NCBI GenBank assembly: GCA_051047955.1 | Contig: JBPGPT010000031.1 | Coordinates: 62,001 to 126,000 of the forward strand | From: Cystobasidiomycetes sp. EMM_F5 | Lineage: Eukaryota | Length of the DNA: 64,000 nucleotides | Reading direction: 5' to 3' | In this document: piece after piece, positions 13,501 to 26,071 of the stretch | How the letters are laid out: every line of letters begins with the position of its first letter | Numbering within the stretch: position 1 is the first letter of the stretch | Made by a program: the position numbers and the translations under genes | Notes under the pieces: model-generated | Told to the model about the DNA's origin: nothing | Databases searched by the model: none | What the model saw: the letters and a program-made list of their open reading frames with translations, nothing else

Positions 13501-13885
13501 AACGTCAAGAGCAGTCGTGAGCACACTGGTGAGGACAATACTGTTCGAGCGCGCTGTCTCTGAGCAAGACTCGCACCTCGAACACGAGCATGCGACATTG
13601 CAATACTTTTCTACGCTTCTCACCATACCGCTCAGCCCTGTCAAAAGTCGGTCGTTACATCATACATACTTATACGACTATCTCCCGCGCCTGCTCAAGA
13701 GTATACAGCTATCTTCGCTCGACAACGACGACGTTCTGGCCAAGTTTGAACGGCTAGCCGATGCAACGGCCATGGTCATTGTTCGGGTGAAGGCTTTGGG
13801 AGAGAAGTATGTAACGAAGCGTGGGAGTACTGCAGTGGAGAACAAGTTTTGGGGGAGGGTGGATATTTTCGCCATGTCGACATAG
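10565..13885 (+). CDS. MED5: Mediator subunit Med5 (Nut1), multi-exon; start uncertain
   Basis: Helical protein with WIGALYGNEGIEDDLIRQTNPQDM...LQGGLSYFTQDLLNYALPGIVAYL, typical of fungal Med5. Confidence 0.8.
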
Positions 13886-13929
13886 TCCTTGTTGTGCCCA
13901 GCTCTAGGGGGGGTCTGATTGTCTCTAAC

Positions 13930-15379
13930 ATGACCACGCAAGATGCTCCGGCCACTCGGACGGCCATTGCATCTCATCAGGCTGAGCACCAGGCGCTGTT
14001 GACGCAATTGGGTAATCTCGACTACACGATAGCAGCTAGGGTCACAGCGTCTGAAAGGGTGGAGACGCTACGCAAGGACATCGCGGCAAAGGAGCTCGAA
14101 TTGCAGAAGGTCAAGGACAGGACGAGGAAGGAGTACGACGACTTCCATCGCATCACTAACAGCGTCATATCGAGAGCCGCCGTCAAAATACGTGGACGTG
14201 GTGCACTCGACGCCAGGGTCGTAAAGGAGGAGCAGGAATGGCTCCAGGCGTTGCGCGAGGTGGGCGTAAATGCTAATACATAATCAAAGGCTGACTCTGT
14301 CTGGCCGTTATCAAGGAGCATGCTGCAAAAGACGCGTTGTTGACGCTGCAGAATGAGCTCGCCGAAGCGGAGACTCTCGTGCTCGACCTGACAGCCCTCG
14401 CAAACACTCACAAGCAAACGCAACAAAGGCTCAACTCGATTTATGAGCGCGTGTTTGCCGGACCATCGTCTGGCTTTCCCGAAGAGGACCATGCAGAATC
14501 CGAAGTCTACGCCGTAGAGAAGGCTTACAAGGATATGTGTGCTGCTCGCTCGCTTATATTCATATTTATCTAACAACAGCCCCGCAGAATCAAGCTGTTT
14601 CATTGCTCAGGCGCTCAGCCTCCAGGCCAAGGCGTCAAATAGTTTGCGAGAGGCTCTGGGTTATCTTGAAGGAGTAAGTCTGACAAACTCGTAGCCTTTA
14701 TTGCTTGTTCACATTTCGTATCTGTATCGTTTCACCCTTCATCTGCCTTTTCTAATAACAGACCCTGGACTCGCTCGACACCCCGTTATTCTTTCGCGGC
14801 AATTCGGCAATAGCATTCGAGCAGGAAGCTCTCCAACTAGCTGTTGATCGTGTTTCACGCGCGAAAGCATTCTACACATCGGCCGTGTCGTCAGACAGCG
14901 AGCTCACTCCCCTCGGGAGCCTTGGAATTCCCGACATCGACAGTATTGCCCAAGCCTATTATACAGCCAGGATGCACTACTATGGAGAAATGGATGTAGA
15001 TCTACACCTCGTGCCCAGAGTCCAAAAAGCAACTGCACAGATACGGCAGGTGCACGAAACGATCCGGAAACAGATCCGTGCAAGCGAACAGAGGCATAAG
15101 GCGGCCGAGAAGCAAACTCCGGCTTTGCATCTAAAACTCCGTCGCGCGAGACTGCAACTGGATTCGGTACGGAGGTCAATCATCATAGAGTCTTCTGCAA
15201 TTCAGACGGAAGAGCCGGAATCGTTTGTTGGGGATGAAGCGATGGTTACTCAACCGCAATCGCATAATCCGTATGCGCAGTTCCTTGTCAGCAGGGCGGC
15301 GACACTGGACGTCCCTGCTGAGGAACTCCCGAAGTATTTTCCGCGGAGTCAAAACTACAGTGATTTGGAAGTTTCCTAG
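13930..15379 (+). CDS. Fungal coiled-coil hypothetical protein, multi-exon
   Basis: Consecutive coding exons with GT-AG introns; KEEQEWLQAL and IYERVFAGPSSGFPEEDHAE motifs; heptad-like pattern. Confidence 0.65.
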
Positions 15380-15796
15380 GAAACTTTGACGTCGAGGACA
15401 ATGGAAGGAGTGGGAGTATGTGGGAGGAGTTGGTTGGAGTGCGCCTAACAGTGGAAGGTGGGATCTGGGTGGTTTAATTTGCAGTGTCAGTCGGAGGCGG
15501 ACGGATGCGGGAGTTTGAGGGTTCTAGAACAGTGTACTATGAGTATCAAGCAACACTGACTGTGCGGTTCTCTCGGATGGGATTTTTCGGCATCGCTTGC
15601 CTGTGCAGTTTTGCCGAGTCACCTTTTTGGCCTTTTTTCACTTTGCAGGTTGGCTTCGTTCCATTCAAAAGTTGCAAGCAGACTTGGATTGATAATCCCG
15701 TTCACAGCACAGCGTGCAGTGCTGCACAGTCAACAACCTAGCTCGTCGTCGCCATATATCCCATACAAGCCGACCATCCACAACCACCGAGTCACA

Positions 15797-15814
15797 ATGC
15801 AGTCCCAACTTTGA
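15797..15814 (+). promoter_or_regulatory. uORF1 (MQSQL*) in the Gcn4/CPC-1 leader
   Basis: cacaATG CAG TCC CAA CTT TGA with A at -3, in a CA-rich leader upstream of a Gcn4-type bZIP gene. Confidence 0.75.
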
Positions 15815-15880
15815 GCACGGAAAACAACCGCAATCCAAGCAGAGTATCGAAGCAACTCCTCTACACCTACTACAACCACC

Positions 15881-16265
15881 ATGCACGTCTCTGGACTCCC
15901 AACCATGGCGTTCCTTCAGCAGCAGCACAGGCAGCGAAAGGCATTCAATCCTCAAACACCTCAACCACAACAACCGCGCACAAACGCACGAGCGCGCCGT
16001 CTGTTTCAGACTCTAGATGTGAGTGGCAGCTGTGACGCTCATCCCCCGTCCACTTGCCTCTCGGGCGATGATTTATCGTCGTCGTCGTCGTCGTTAGACC
16101 CATCTACCCTAACCTCTCCCTCTTTGTCTACCCTTGCTGAACGTGATTGCCTTTGCTCTCCTCTTGTCCTGCTCACTCCTTCCTACTCACCCCGCTACAA
16201 CTTGCGCCGCCCTCGTCGTGAATCCACAGTCCCCGCCATAGATTATACTACCGTTCAACCCATAA
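15881..16265 (+). promoter_or_regulatory. uORF2 of Gcn4/CPC-1, split by a predicted intron (16019-16241)
   Basis: ATG 15881 (second in-frame ATG 15905); ...ARARRLFQTLD, GTGAGT donor at 16019, pyrimidine-rich intron, acceptor AG at 16240-41, then IILPFNP* (TAA 16263-65). Confidence 0.6.
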
Positions 16266-16642
16266 ACGAGGGTTTAGCACACAATCTATCGGCGACATCG
16301 GAACATTTATCCTCGGATACATCACCACATCAATCACAAAAGGTCTCGCAGAATAGCGACTTTGTCCTAGCAGACCATATTTCAGGTACAGGTACAGCTT
16401 CAGCTCAGCAGACGCCTGGACCACACAAACCTCAACAGGGCAGTCTCTCTACTGCTTCCAGTACAAACACGTCACAGCTATCCGCTTCCGACGACTTTGC
16501 ACTCTTTGTCCTCGAACAACACCTCATTCACCAATCTATCGCTCCTCTAGACGGTACATCGGTAAAACAGGGCATACCAAACAGCACTACTACTAGATTT
16601 ATCCCGCTCAACGACACGACGGCAGCGCCGACATCTACAAAC

Positions 16643-18064
16643 ATGGCATTTTCGTTGTCGTCGTCTGCTCCTCGTACCCCTACCGATGGTGACTATACCC
16701 TTCTTTCGTCGGAAGATTGCGGGTTGTCATTCCGTGGACGGGGCAAGGATTCCAACGATATATGTGAGTTGCAATATGTCTCCTCTACCGACACTGCATC
16801 ACCGCAACGGCAGTCGCGACGTGCCTGTCTGTCGGAAGAGTTTGCCGAAGACGACTTTGTCGACTACTCGTCATGCTCATTGTCGAGTGTGTCACTCGAA
16901 GATGAGTATGTCGACTACTCGTCGTGCTCATTGTCGAGTGTATCAATTACAGAACTTGGTCTGGATGATACTGACTCTGCTTTGACGCCCTCCTTCTCAT
17001 CCATCTCCGATGACGTGTCGTATACACATCACACAGCTGCCATGCTCAAAGACCTCGATACCTTTGGCTTGCCTGCAACCGGCATCATGGTAGATGATCT
17101 TGTAGTCAAGAACAACCCCGCAATGCTTTCCTACACCGACTCTCTGTCGTTCGGCGTACCGACGAGCGCCTTCAATGGCGGCACGGCAATGTCAAACGTG
17201 TTCAAGTCCTTCTTTGCGCCAGGCGTGACGACTTCGCCGACTTTTGAAGACGATCTGCCACCCATTGATACACCAGCTCTAGAACCAGACAATGATGTCG
17301 ACGTCATGTCTCAGCAGACTTCTCCGCTCTGGGGAGGTATCACACCAGCTGACGTGTCGTACGATAATTGGGCACTCTTCTCGAATGAGGGACGGGCAAT
17401 GCATATTCCTGCGCCTTCAATGTCGTCGGGCATTGATGTCGCTGCATCGTTGTCGACCCTGCCTTCCCATACTGTCAGTCCACGAGAACTGCACCTTCCC
17501 CTCGCTACTCCGTTTGATAACGCGAAGGTGCAAGGCGACGTGCAAGTACCCCAGTCAGCACTGTTCAACAACAAGCGGACGTTTGCAGAGTCGGAGGATG
17601 TATCAACCGTCGAAGTTGGCAGAAACAAGCGATCAAGGCTCTCTCCGGTACCTGCCAGTGAGGGGCAATCGTCAGCTCCCCGATTCACTGGTACCCGCAA
17701 GACTGCCATTCCACTCCTCGACGAGAATGCCCCACTTCAAAAGCGAGTCTACAAAGGACCACCTTCCAAGACGTCAAAGCGTGCCGTTCCAGCCGCAGCA
17801 GCTAGAAAGGTAGCAGCACTACAAGCTGTAGCGGAAGAGAAGGGTATCGATACATCCGAGGCAATCGAGGATACGATTCAGAAACGCCGCTTGCACAATA
17901 CTCTTGCAGCGAGGAGGAGCAGACACAGAAAGGCAGAACACCTTGAAGAGCTCGAGTCGACTATTGCGCAGCTCAGAGAGGCGCTGGCGAACGCGGAGAA
18001 TGAGAAGGACGTCTGGATTGCCCGTGCGATGGCAGCGGGATGGACAGAGAGGCCTGTGGCGTAA
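16643..18064 (+). CDS. GCN4: Gcn4/CPC-1 (cross-pathway control) bZIP transcription factor; main AUG inferred
   Basis: C-terminal KRRLHNTLAARRSRHRKAEHLEELESTIAQL; upstream PSKTSKRAVP; acidic-aromatic activation motifs (DNWALF); uORF-bearing leader. Confidence 0.88.
   Translation: MAFSLSSSAPRTPTDGDYTLLSSEDCGLSFRGRGKDSNDICELQYVSSTDTASPQRQSRRACLSEEFAEDDFVDYSSCSLSSVSLEDEYVDYSSCSLSSVSITELGLDDTDSALTPSFSSISDDVSYTHHTAAMLKDLDTFGLPATGIMVDDLVVKNNPAMLSYTDSLSFGVPTSAFNGGTAMSNVFKSFFAPGVTTSPTFEDDLPPIDTPALEPDNDVDVMSQQTSPLWGGITPADVSYDNWALFSNEGRAMHIPAPSMSSGIDVAASLSTLPSHTVSPRELHLPLATPFDNAKVQGDVQVPQSALFNNKRTFAESEDVSTVEVGRNKRSRLSPVPASEGQSSAPRFTGTRKTAIPLLDENAPLQKRVYKGPPSKTSKRAVPAAAARKVAALQAVAEEKGIDTSEAIEDTIQKRRLHNTLAARRSRHRKAEHLEELESTIAQLREALANAENEKDVWIARAMAAGWTERPVA
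16847..16948 (+). repeat. 51-nt imperfect tandem duplication (EDDFVDYSSCSLSSVSL / EDEYVDYSSCSLSSVSI)
   Basis: Two adjacent near-identical units starting at 16847 and 16898. Confidence 0.9.
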
Positions 18065-18938
18065 ATGGCAGGAGTAGGGGACGCAGCGGTCGGAGAATAC
18101 TGGTATAGCGAGTGGGCGGAGCAGGATGAGCGCGAGCGGAACGGAGACGGTAGGACTGAAGCCCCCGAGGCGACGGACAAGACAGAAAAAAGACCTTATA
18201 AGCAATGGTCAAAACACATCGAGAGGGAAGTGACGTTGGCGAAATTCACAAGCAACCCACTTTCGAAATACCACAAAAGCACAAAAAAAGGATTGGATGA
18301 ATTTGGAACGACCTCTTCGTTACTTTCTACTACATGACGCCGTTCCTGTCCATGCAGTGACGGAATTGGATTTACTTTCTAGATTATAGTTGGATTACAA
18401 GTGCGATGACCCGGGAACTACCTGCGAGCCTGATGAGCGTTGTATGAGCTTGCTGTGCAAAAACTTGTACAGGGTATAGCTTGGTGGGATTGCGCTTGAT
18501 ATTTGCTTTTCTGGCTCTGCCTTAACGTACTCTGTCCATCACTCGTAGAGCGGGCATATGACGGGTGCTTACACAGGCTTTTGACTTGCAGTTGCAGGAA
18601 CATGCAACTCTTACGATGACAGGCTCATTGTCCACGTCCGTGACCGTGGGGTCTACTGTGCCTGCAACTTCTCCATGTCTTAACCTAATATTGACCTTAT
18701 CCGTGGTCAATTTGCTTGCCGGACGGTGTCATCATAGGAGTGTGACATGAAGGTTGTAACACGTTGCATTCGCTGGCTCAAATGCCAGCTTGCGTATGGC
18801 TTTACGCATTAGAGTGTCGTCGGGATTATGAAGCTTGGCTGTTGTGCTGCCGCGTGGTTCACATGCCATCCATGACACGTCCACCAGGCCCGCGTTCAAT
18901 ACCACCGCGCTGAGAGTGTCGGGGACAATCAGATTTAG

Positions 18939-20080
18939 CTATAAACTACTCCACAGCAGCGGATTACGTACATTTCCAGGCACAGCTGGATTTGGGCACC
19001 CGCTCGCCAGATGACCAGGTTGCGTGCACTTGAAGCAGACGACACCAGCCATGAAAGCAGGCTGTCCCCCTCCGTCGCCATGCATACCCATTCGCGGGCC
19101 GCCTCGCATACCTTGGCGATTATACGCATCTGCGCCAGGATTGTTCTGATTGCCTGGTCTTGTGTATGCATCGTCGGATGTCATGGAAGTATATGATTGT
19201 ACTGTATTGTTGTGATTGTTGTGACTTGGCCAGTCCCGGTCTCGATTCCGATAAACATCTCCAGGTGCTTGTTTGGCTTGCTCTGATTGTCGAGCCATTC
19301 GCTCCACATCGGCCTCAAGGAACGGTGGGCTAGCGTAGTAGTATTCGTTGTGAGTATTGTACACTTTGTTAGCAGATTCACACGTTTAGCAATTATTCAA
19401 TTACGTACTGGGCTAATTTGCACGCTGGTCCATCGGGACAGAATCCGACCAAGTATAGAGGGCAAGCTACTCGTTGAATATGCTTGTTGGGGCAGTCAGG
19501 ACCTGGAAGCATTCACAGGCATGTCAGGGCGGCCAAGGTCAACGGATACAAAGCTGAGTCAGCAACGGTTTCTTGAATCAGTCAATTATAGCATACCAGC
19601 TCTGCAAAAGCCAGCGGTATAGCTTCGACATTCTGGTCGTCTTTGATGCGGTGTGATGTGAAGATACATGCATTCGTCTCCAGACGAACAGAAGCCGTGT
19701 TTTGTAAAGAAGAAGCATTCGGGCATTTTACGCAGATTGTACTCGTGCAAGAAGTCGCACTCGTTGCCCTTGATACACAGGCCACGCAGCCAGTGCTTGC
19801 ACACCGTTCTAGAGTGCAGCGTCGTTCCCACAGGCGTAGGCGTGTAGTTTAGCGGCGATGGATTAGTATGCCTTTTTGGACACGCTGAGCCCAGCGGGCA
19901 GCCCGTAGGCGACAGGAAAGGGCGGCATATCTGCCAGTCGGCGTCGAGTTTGAGCGGAGGCTGCACTTCGCTCTTGATGCGGGCTTCCAGGAGCATTTCA
20001 GTGTGCCGGTAGTCTGGAAACGCGACAATATCGTTTGCAGCCCACGACGGCAGCTTGGACGGCCCAGCGACGGCGGCCAT
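18939..20080 (-). CDS. YTH1: Cleavage/polyadenylation factor Yth1/CPSF30 (CCCH fingers plus CCHC zinc knuckle), multi-exon
   Basis: VCKHWLRGLCIKGNECDFLHEYNLRKMPEC; C-terminal CFKCTQPGHLASGC. Confidence 0.95.
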
Positions 20081-20740
20081 GATATAGGACTCAGTTTATA
20101 CAGCACGTAGCCTTATTTCATTCAGGTCAGGCAGTATTCGACAATAATGTTGGTTCGCAGAGTTGGCGGAGAAGAAAGGAGCATTGACGTTCGTAACAAG
20201 TTGGGCAAAGACGCAACGACAATGGCAGAACGTCAAGGATCTTTCCGGAAGCATCGCTGAGATGCAAGTTACTAATTTCGACTAACGTCTGACTGCCGCT
20301 AACGAACGAGGTGGATTACAGCTCCAAGAGCCGACAAAGGTATGTATTACTGCTGGAAATTACGATTAGTGACGGTTGATGGTGAAGTATACTGTGAAGT
20401 AGATGCCCCATGATCTTCGTGTATTGATGAGACGCTGTGGAAAGACAAGAAGCATTTGCCAAAAGAAGTTGAGTGAGTGTGCTTTTGCGAAAGTCGAAGT
20501 TTGATCCGAAAGGATGGCCAGTAACATTACGATTACGATTAGGTTGAGCGGCTTATTGTGTAGGGGAAAGGCCTGGAAGGATGGGTTGATGTGGATGCCT
20601 TGAAAGCGGGCAATTCCGCTTTTCGGTCCAGCCGAGAAAGTGGAATGCACAGCGGGCACAGTAGAGAGGTGCGGAAGGCGGAAGGCGGTATGCGGTATAA
20701 TTGAAAGCGACGGACTGCCACGGATGAGCTTATTTAGGTG

Positions 20741-22667
20741 TCAAAGCGGCAGAAATTGCAGATTCAGGCTATTTTGGTTGAGCGTCGACAATTGTGAGGG
20801 CGAGACGAAGCCAGTGTTTGCATACCGATGCTCATGCAATGAATGTGCATGAGAGTGCACAGGTGGGCCATGGTGCGATGTCTGGATGCTCGGGAAGCAA
20901 ACAAAATCGTCCGACCACGACTGACGAGTATTGTGTAAGAAAGGAGTACCAACTTCTGCTTTTGCCGTGCCTAGACTACTCTGTTGCGATTGCAGACGGA
21001 GACTGGAGAGATCTGCCTGACTGGTGACCGAGGCGGCATGACTTGACTCATCCGATAGACTGCCCGGGCTGTTCTGAGCCGACATCATATCAGTTTGCCC
21101 ATTGCTAGGCGACTGGTTCAACGAAGGAGAACTGAGAGAGATCACACTGCTGCTTTGTACTTGTGGTGCACTTAGAGTGCTCGTACTGGCCGTATGAGGT
21201 ATGGCAGCGCCGTTCTGGAGTACTCCAAGACGGTCTTGAGTGCCTTCATGTTTTGATAATTCTGCCAGTAGTTCAGTGCTCGGGACGTTTGCCAGCGCAT
21301 GCTGAGCGGTGAGCCATTGCACCTTGTCCTGAAGCTCTTTGATCTACAAAACGGAGATTAGGGGCTACGAACAGCATCGCGCTTATTGCACACTTACTTT
21401 TGAATACGATCGCCGTAGCCAACTAAGTAGATTCGCATTGTCATTGCGGAGAGCGACAATGAGCTCACTCTGCGTGTACCTTTGCATATCCAGCTCGTTT
21501 CCAGCCAACGCAGACAGATCCGGAATGTCGGGATAGCTTTCCGGACTGCAGAGATCTATAACTTCACGCTTCGCTTCGAGTTCTTTCACTCGTGCCTGTA
21601 GTCTGGCGACTTCTCTTCGCGCCTCCTCATGCTTCTGCTTTGTTCGATCGCGGAAGCGCTGTGATGACGCTCGGTTCTGTGTCGGGCAGGATTGAGAGTC
21701 ATTCGTTGGTTGAGTATAACGAGTATCGTTTCGAAACCTCATGGCTCACCCTGATCCTGGATTCGGCCGTGTCAAGCCGCGTCCTTTTCCTGTCCGTTCG
21801 TAGCGGCCCGCTGGCAGAGTCGGACTGCTTTGCTGAAGAACCCGTATCGGACTGTCCGGTTCCACTTGGATTTCTACGACTCTCCCCCGACACATCATTT
21901 TGACTGCTCTCCGACTCGGTATAGCTTGGTCGGGATGACAATTCGGATCCACTTCGACTGATACTGTCATCCCTGCTCTCCGCGGATGAATGCACTTCGC
22001 CAGCAAACGTCGCTGTAGTGCTTTCGGTCTTTGGAAATGTTCGTCCTGGGTCGCAGAGCATGGTCAGCTTGGCTCCTAACACATGATTCACACACCCACC
22101 AGTCGGAGTTTCGACATTGCTCAAGCTCCACGTTGAACTAGCTTTTGCACGATGACGGAGGAATGAAGGCTCTTGAGGTGACCGTTTTTCTTGCGTTATG
22201 ACCATGTCACTGCCACTATGCTCTCGTACAGGTATATTAGAAACCAGTGGTGCACTGGCTAATCCCCGTAACGAGCGGGTGGACGGAGCATCATGGGGCG
22301 ACAAAGACGATGTAATGGAGTGGTCAAGATGTATAGACAGCGGCCGCCGTTTTCCTTCGGCTGTGCGAGGAGGACTGACTAAGTGCGACATCCATGGCAT
22401 TATGCCATGATCGGGTTGGATAAAGTACGAAGTGGTAGAGGGTTGCCAAGTGTGCGATGTAGTTATGCTGGGATTGATGGAATCTTCGAAAGAGGGATGG
22501 ATTAGCGGGAGCGCGGGGAAGGCTTGGGGATGCGACAGATTTTGGAGAATGTCGATGGAGGATAAGGGGCGGTATGGAGAGGGATGGCTAATGGGTATTG
22601 TTGAAGGATCGTGGGCGGAAGAGGTGATTGTATCCTTGCGGAAAGAGGATGTGGGAGACGGAGTCAT
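20741..22667 (-). CDS. bZIP-domain transcription factor, multi-exon; ends approximate
   Basis: Spliced RKRTRLDTAESRIR/NRASSQRFRDRTKQKHEEARREVARLQARVKELE: N-x7-R basic region plus zipper; S/P-rich flanks. Confidence 0.7.
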
Positions 22668-23545
22668 GGCGTACGCGAAACGAGAGGTGAAGATTCGGAG
22701 ATTACAGCAGTGAGGACGGGCAGGAGGTATAGGAGTGCGACTCAGTAACGGATTTGTGTATTGCACAAGGCATAGGCGAGCTAAGGAGGGTATACGCTTT
22801 GCTCGCTGCCAAAAAGGACGGGACGACAGCTAGCTTTCAGCCATTTAGCGAGCATATCAGCCTATGCATTACGACGATATCGATTCCTACTCACCAGCTA
22901 AGCTTCCATCATTTCCTTCAATTCTTTCCAGGATATGTCCTTGTCTCTCGATCACTGTTTGTTTGGGCAGGCCGTTACGAGGATATCGACGACGGGCAGA
23001 ATGCAGGTTGGTTCTTGAAGGATTGATGGAGAATGAGAGCGGAATGAAGGCAGACGGGAGAGTAGAAGAATGAAGAAGGACTAAAGTAAGATGCAGGTAT
23101 CGAGGGTATCCAGCAGTGACGAACGAGGGTGGGTATGGGCAGGCAGCTCGACTCGGAGGGTATCGAGATGCAAAACGACAGAGGGAGAACTACGACGACA
23201 CCTTACGAGAGAAGGACGATAGGCAAGGCAGGCGGCATCATTTGAATGGATAATGCAACACTCCGTGGTCATGGCAACCGATGGCTGTCCCGTCAGACGC
23301 AGTTCATTTCCGAGCGACACTGTGACGAGACATTGGAGGATGCGAGAAGATGACGGAGACGGGGTGGATGGTGGTATGCAAGGAGATTACAGCCTGCTAC
23401 AGTGTACAACGACAATGCGCACTGGCAGTCGGAAGGATGGAATCAGCCAAGCTTGTGAAGGGCACCGCAACTTCGACGTACACTTTTTCGTTTCCGAATC
23501 CATATATGTACTGGAAATACTCTTCAACAGCCAACCCTGCCACAG

Positions 23546-24671
23546 CTACGCCGGGATGGCAACACGCCCTTCTGGCTCCTCTTCGTACTCTGTCGGCGAT
23601 AAGCCGGTCAAGCAAAAAGATGGGGATGCGGTCATTGACGCGTGTTTCAGAGTAGTCGTATGAACACAGACATGCAACGACAACGCACCTTGCTCGTCGG
23701 CAGTGCCCACGTCTTCGCGGATTGGATTCCTGCTGAGCTCCGTCTGCGGGACTGAGGGAAGCTTCGGGACTCTTGTAGCATCCTGAAAGCAAGCAGGTGG
23801 ATGTTAGATTGAAACCACATTGAGATTGAGGATATGCGCACAATCTCCGCTTCCATAGCGGCCACTTCGGCTTGTACGTCCTCCTCATCTTCGACCGACA
23901 TACGAGTAGCCAGCATCTCGTCCACTTCCTGTAGTAGAGATTGACGCAGTTGAATACGACAGTCAGTATGTATTCGAGCACAGAGAGCCAGCAATGCCGC
24001 CCAGCCCCACCTTTTGATACGCTATCGCATCGGCAGTCTCGCCCATGAGCTTCTCCACATTTTCGATGCTCATTTCGCGGTTGAGCTCCTTGAGGACACT
24101 GTTGCCTTGCTTTAGGCCAAAGAGGACATCCTTCTCGACGAGGGAGAACTCGATGGACGAGACCTGTTGCGATAATGACAATGTAATATGATCCCTACGT
24201 CAGTATGGGCGAATGGAACACTAGACTGTAAACTATCGCACCAAGTCTTGGAGCGTCGCTAGTTGCTTGTCGGTCTGTGTCAGCAGCTGCTCTTGGTACT
24301 TTCGCCGTCGGAGAGCTATCAGCGCTCGAGGCTTGTTTCCAGCTGCGAGGGCCGTCCGAGCTGCTTCTTTTTCGCCCCCGAGGACATTTTCAATCTGTGC
24401 GAATAGCATGAGTACGAATGACTCGTTAACTGGACTGTCTGTATCATTGGGAGTATCCGGATCTGCATAGCCGATAGCGACTTACCCGTTTCTGGAACTG
24501 CTTGAGCTTGTCTCGCTGGAGCTTGAGGCTGGTGGACGTAGTCGCAGAGAGGTATTAGAATACTCGGTCAGCATATCCTGCTCGAAGAGCATTGCCTGAT
24601 TGCCCGCCAGCCCACTCGAGGATAGCCCGGTCCTGGGCTGTGATCTTTGGCCCAGACTGGCTGGCTCCCAT
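23546..24671 (-). CDS. VPS20: ESCRT-III subunit Vps20 (Snf7 family), multi-exon
   Basis: Myristoylation-type start MGASQSGPKITAQDRAIL; VSSIEFSLVEKDVLFGLKQGNSVLKELN; last exon EYEEEPEGRVAIPA*. Confidence 0.93.
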
Positions 24672-25257
24672 TGCCAGAGTCTTGGCTGTACGAGCAGAGT
24701 GCAGCCTTATAAATCCATGCAGTCGCAGCAATTCGATATTTCCATGAAATGGTTGGAAGCTTTCCAATCTGATAAGCTGATTGCGACTGATTAGATTGCC
24801 GGAACGCGTAAATGAGGTCCAATCTTGAAATCAAATCAATAATCGCTCTTTCAAGACAAACATGACCGCAGAGAGGACGGCATTCAGATCGATAGCCTCG
24901 CTGCTGACGAGCCACGATGAGGCAGTCACTGCGAAAGCCAGGGCGATGTGGAACGCTGCAAACGCAAAGACGGGCAGAGGGTCTGGTCAGGAAATGCCGG
25001 GAGATGTGCAGGGAACGGCAGTAGCTGCGGGTGGGATATTACATTTAATACTGCACCGCTGCAAACGGCTGACTTGGAGTACTGCAGGTTGCCTGATGCT
25101 CGCCCAAATCAAGTAAACAAGATTCATTCTACGGATAGAGCGCGTCGTGGACAATCAAACAGCTGACAACACCTCTCGCAGCGCACACGGAGCTAGCGAC
25201 GTAGTCCAGAAAGATTACCAGACTGGCGCAAGCGTAAACGAGCGGTCATTCAATACG

Positions 25258-26071
25258 ATGATCTCCATTCTCCGCTCTGTGCTCGACATACAAGGGCAGT
25301 CTACAGCGACTACGCCAAAGAAAGGTGGAGCATGTACAGACAATGCGCTTGGTATTCGAATTACTCATATCCTTCGCAGGAAGCGGTCGGAAGCGGAAAG
25401 CGCAAGATTCGTTACCAGAGGTACAAGTAACGCCGACGAAATCAGTCACAAAGACAGCTTCTACATCATCACGGCCTAAACAGATCATTACTGTGGAGAT
25501 CCCCGCTCCTCGCTCGTCACTGCGACAACGGGGAAATGGCAGTAGTGCCGTTTCAGACCTCATTAGCCCGTCAATTTCGCCATCAAAGAGGGTGAGGATC
25601 GAGCATGATGTGGATGAGCACACGAATAGAGTCAGGTCTACACGGTCTACCCCGACAAAACATGCCACTGCAACAACGGAAAGCCCTCTCCGCAAGAGTG
25701 TAGGAAGTGCTGGCAAGTCTGGCACGGCAACTGACAGACCTGAGACGCGACGTACGCCAGTCAAGAGTCAATCCGAGCATGTCGACGCGTTTGAAGCTGC
25801 AATGTCTGCGAGCACTCCTTTGAAAGCGGCAAACAAGCAGCAGACCGTCTCTACGCCTGTCAAGAAGATTCATACGGTTGGCCGTGAGACACCTACGCAG
25901 AGTGCGGTAAGGTTAGATGATAGCGAAGAAGCGGACGAGGTGTACGAAGAGCCGTACGAGCCGTATCAGGATGATCTCCTGTTTGAATGGCGAGACAAGA
26001 AACGGGTGGACGCACTGCGGAACGAGACGGAGCAATGGAGGCAGAGTATGTTGGAGATGTTGATGGTGTAA
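25258..26071 (+). CDS. Hypothetical low-complexity protein (S/T-P-rich, acidic C-terminus)
   Basis: Long ORF 25325-26071 rich in TP/SP motifs; probable short first exon from ATG 25258. Confidence 0.55.

Noticed and set aside
15616..15794. Two GAGTCA (TGACTC) half-matches as Gcn4 autoregulatory sites
   Set aside because: Only 6-bp matches lacking the full TGASTCA; one is probably within the transcript; could be chance.
15881..18064. Taking the 727-aa ORF at face value as the single Gcn4 CDS
   Set aside because: Its 5' part looks like uORF2 plus a consensus intron; treated as a possible retained-intron isoform instead.
18405..18470. CTGATGA as a hammerhead ribozyme core or box C/D element
   Set aside because: No matching GAAA core or flanking stems could be identified.
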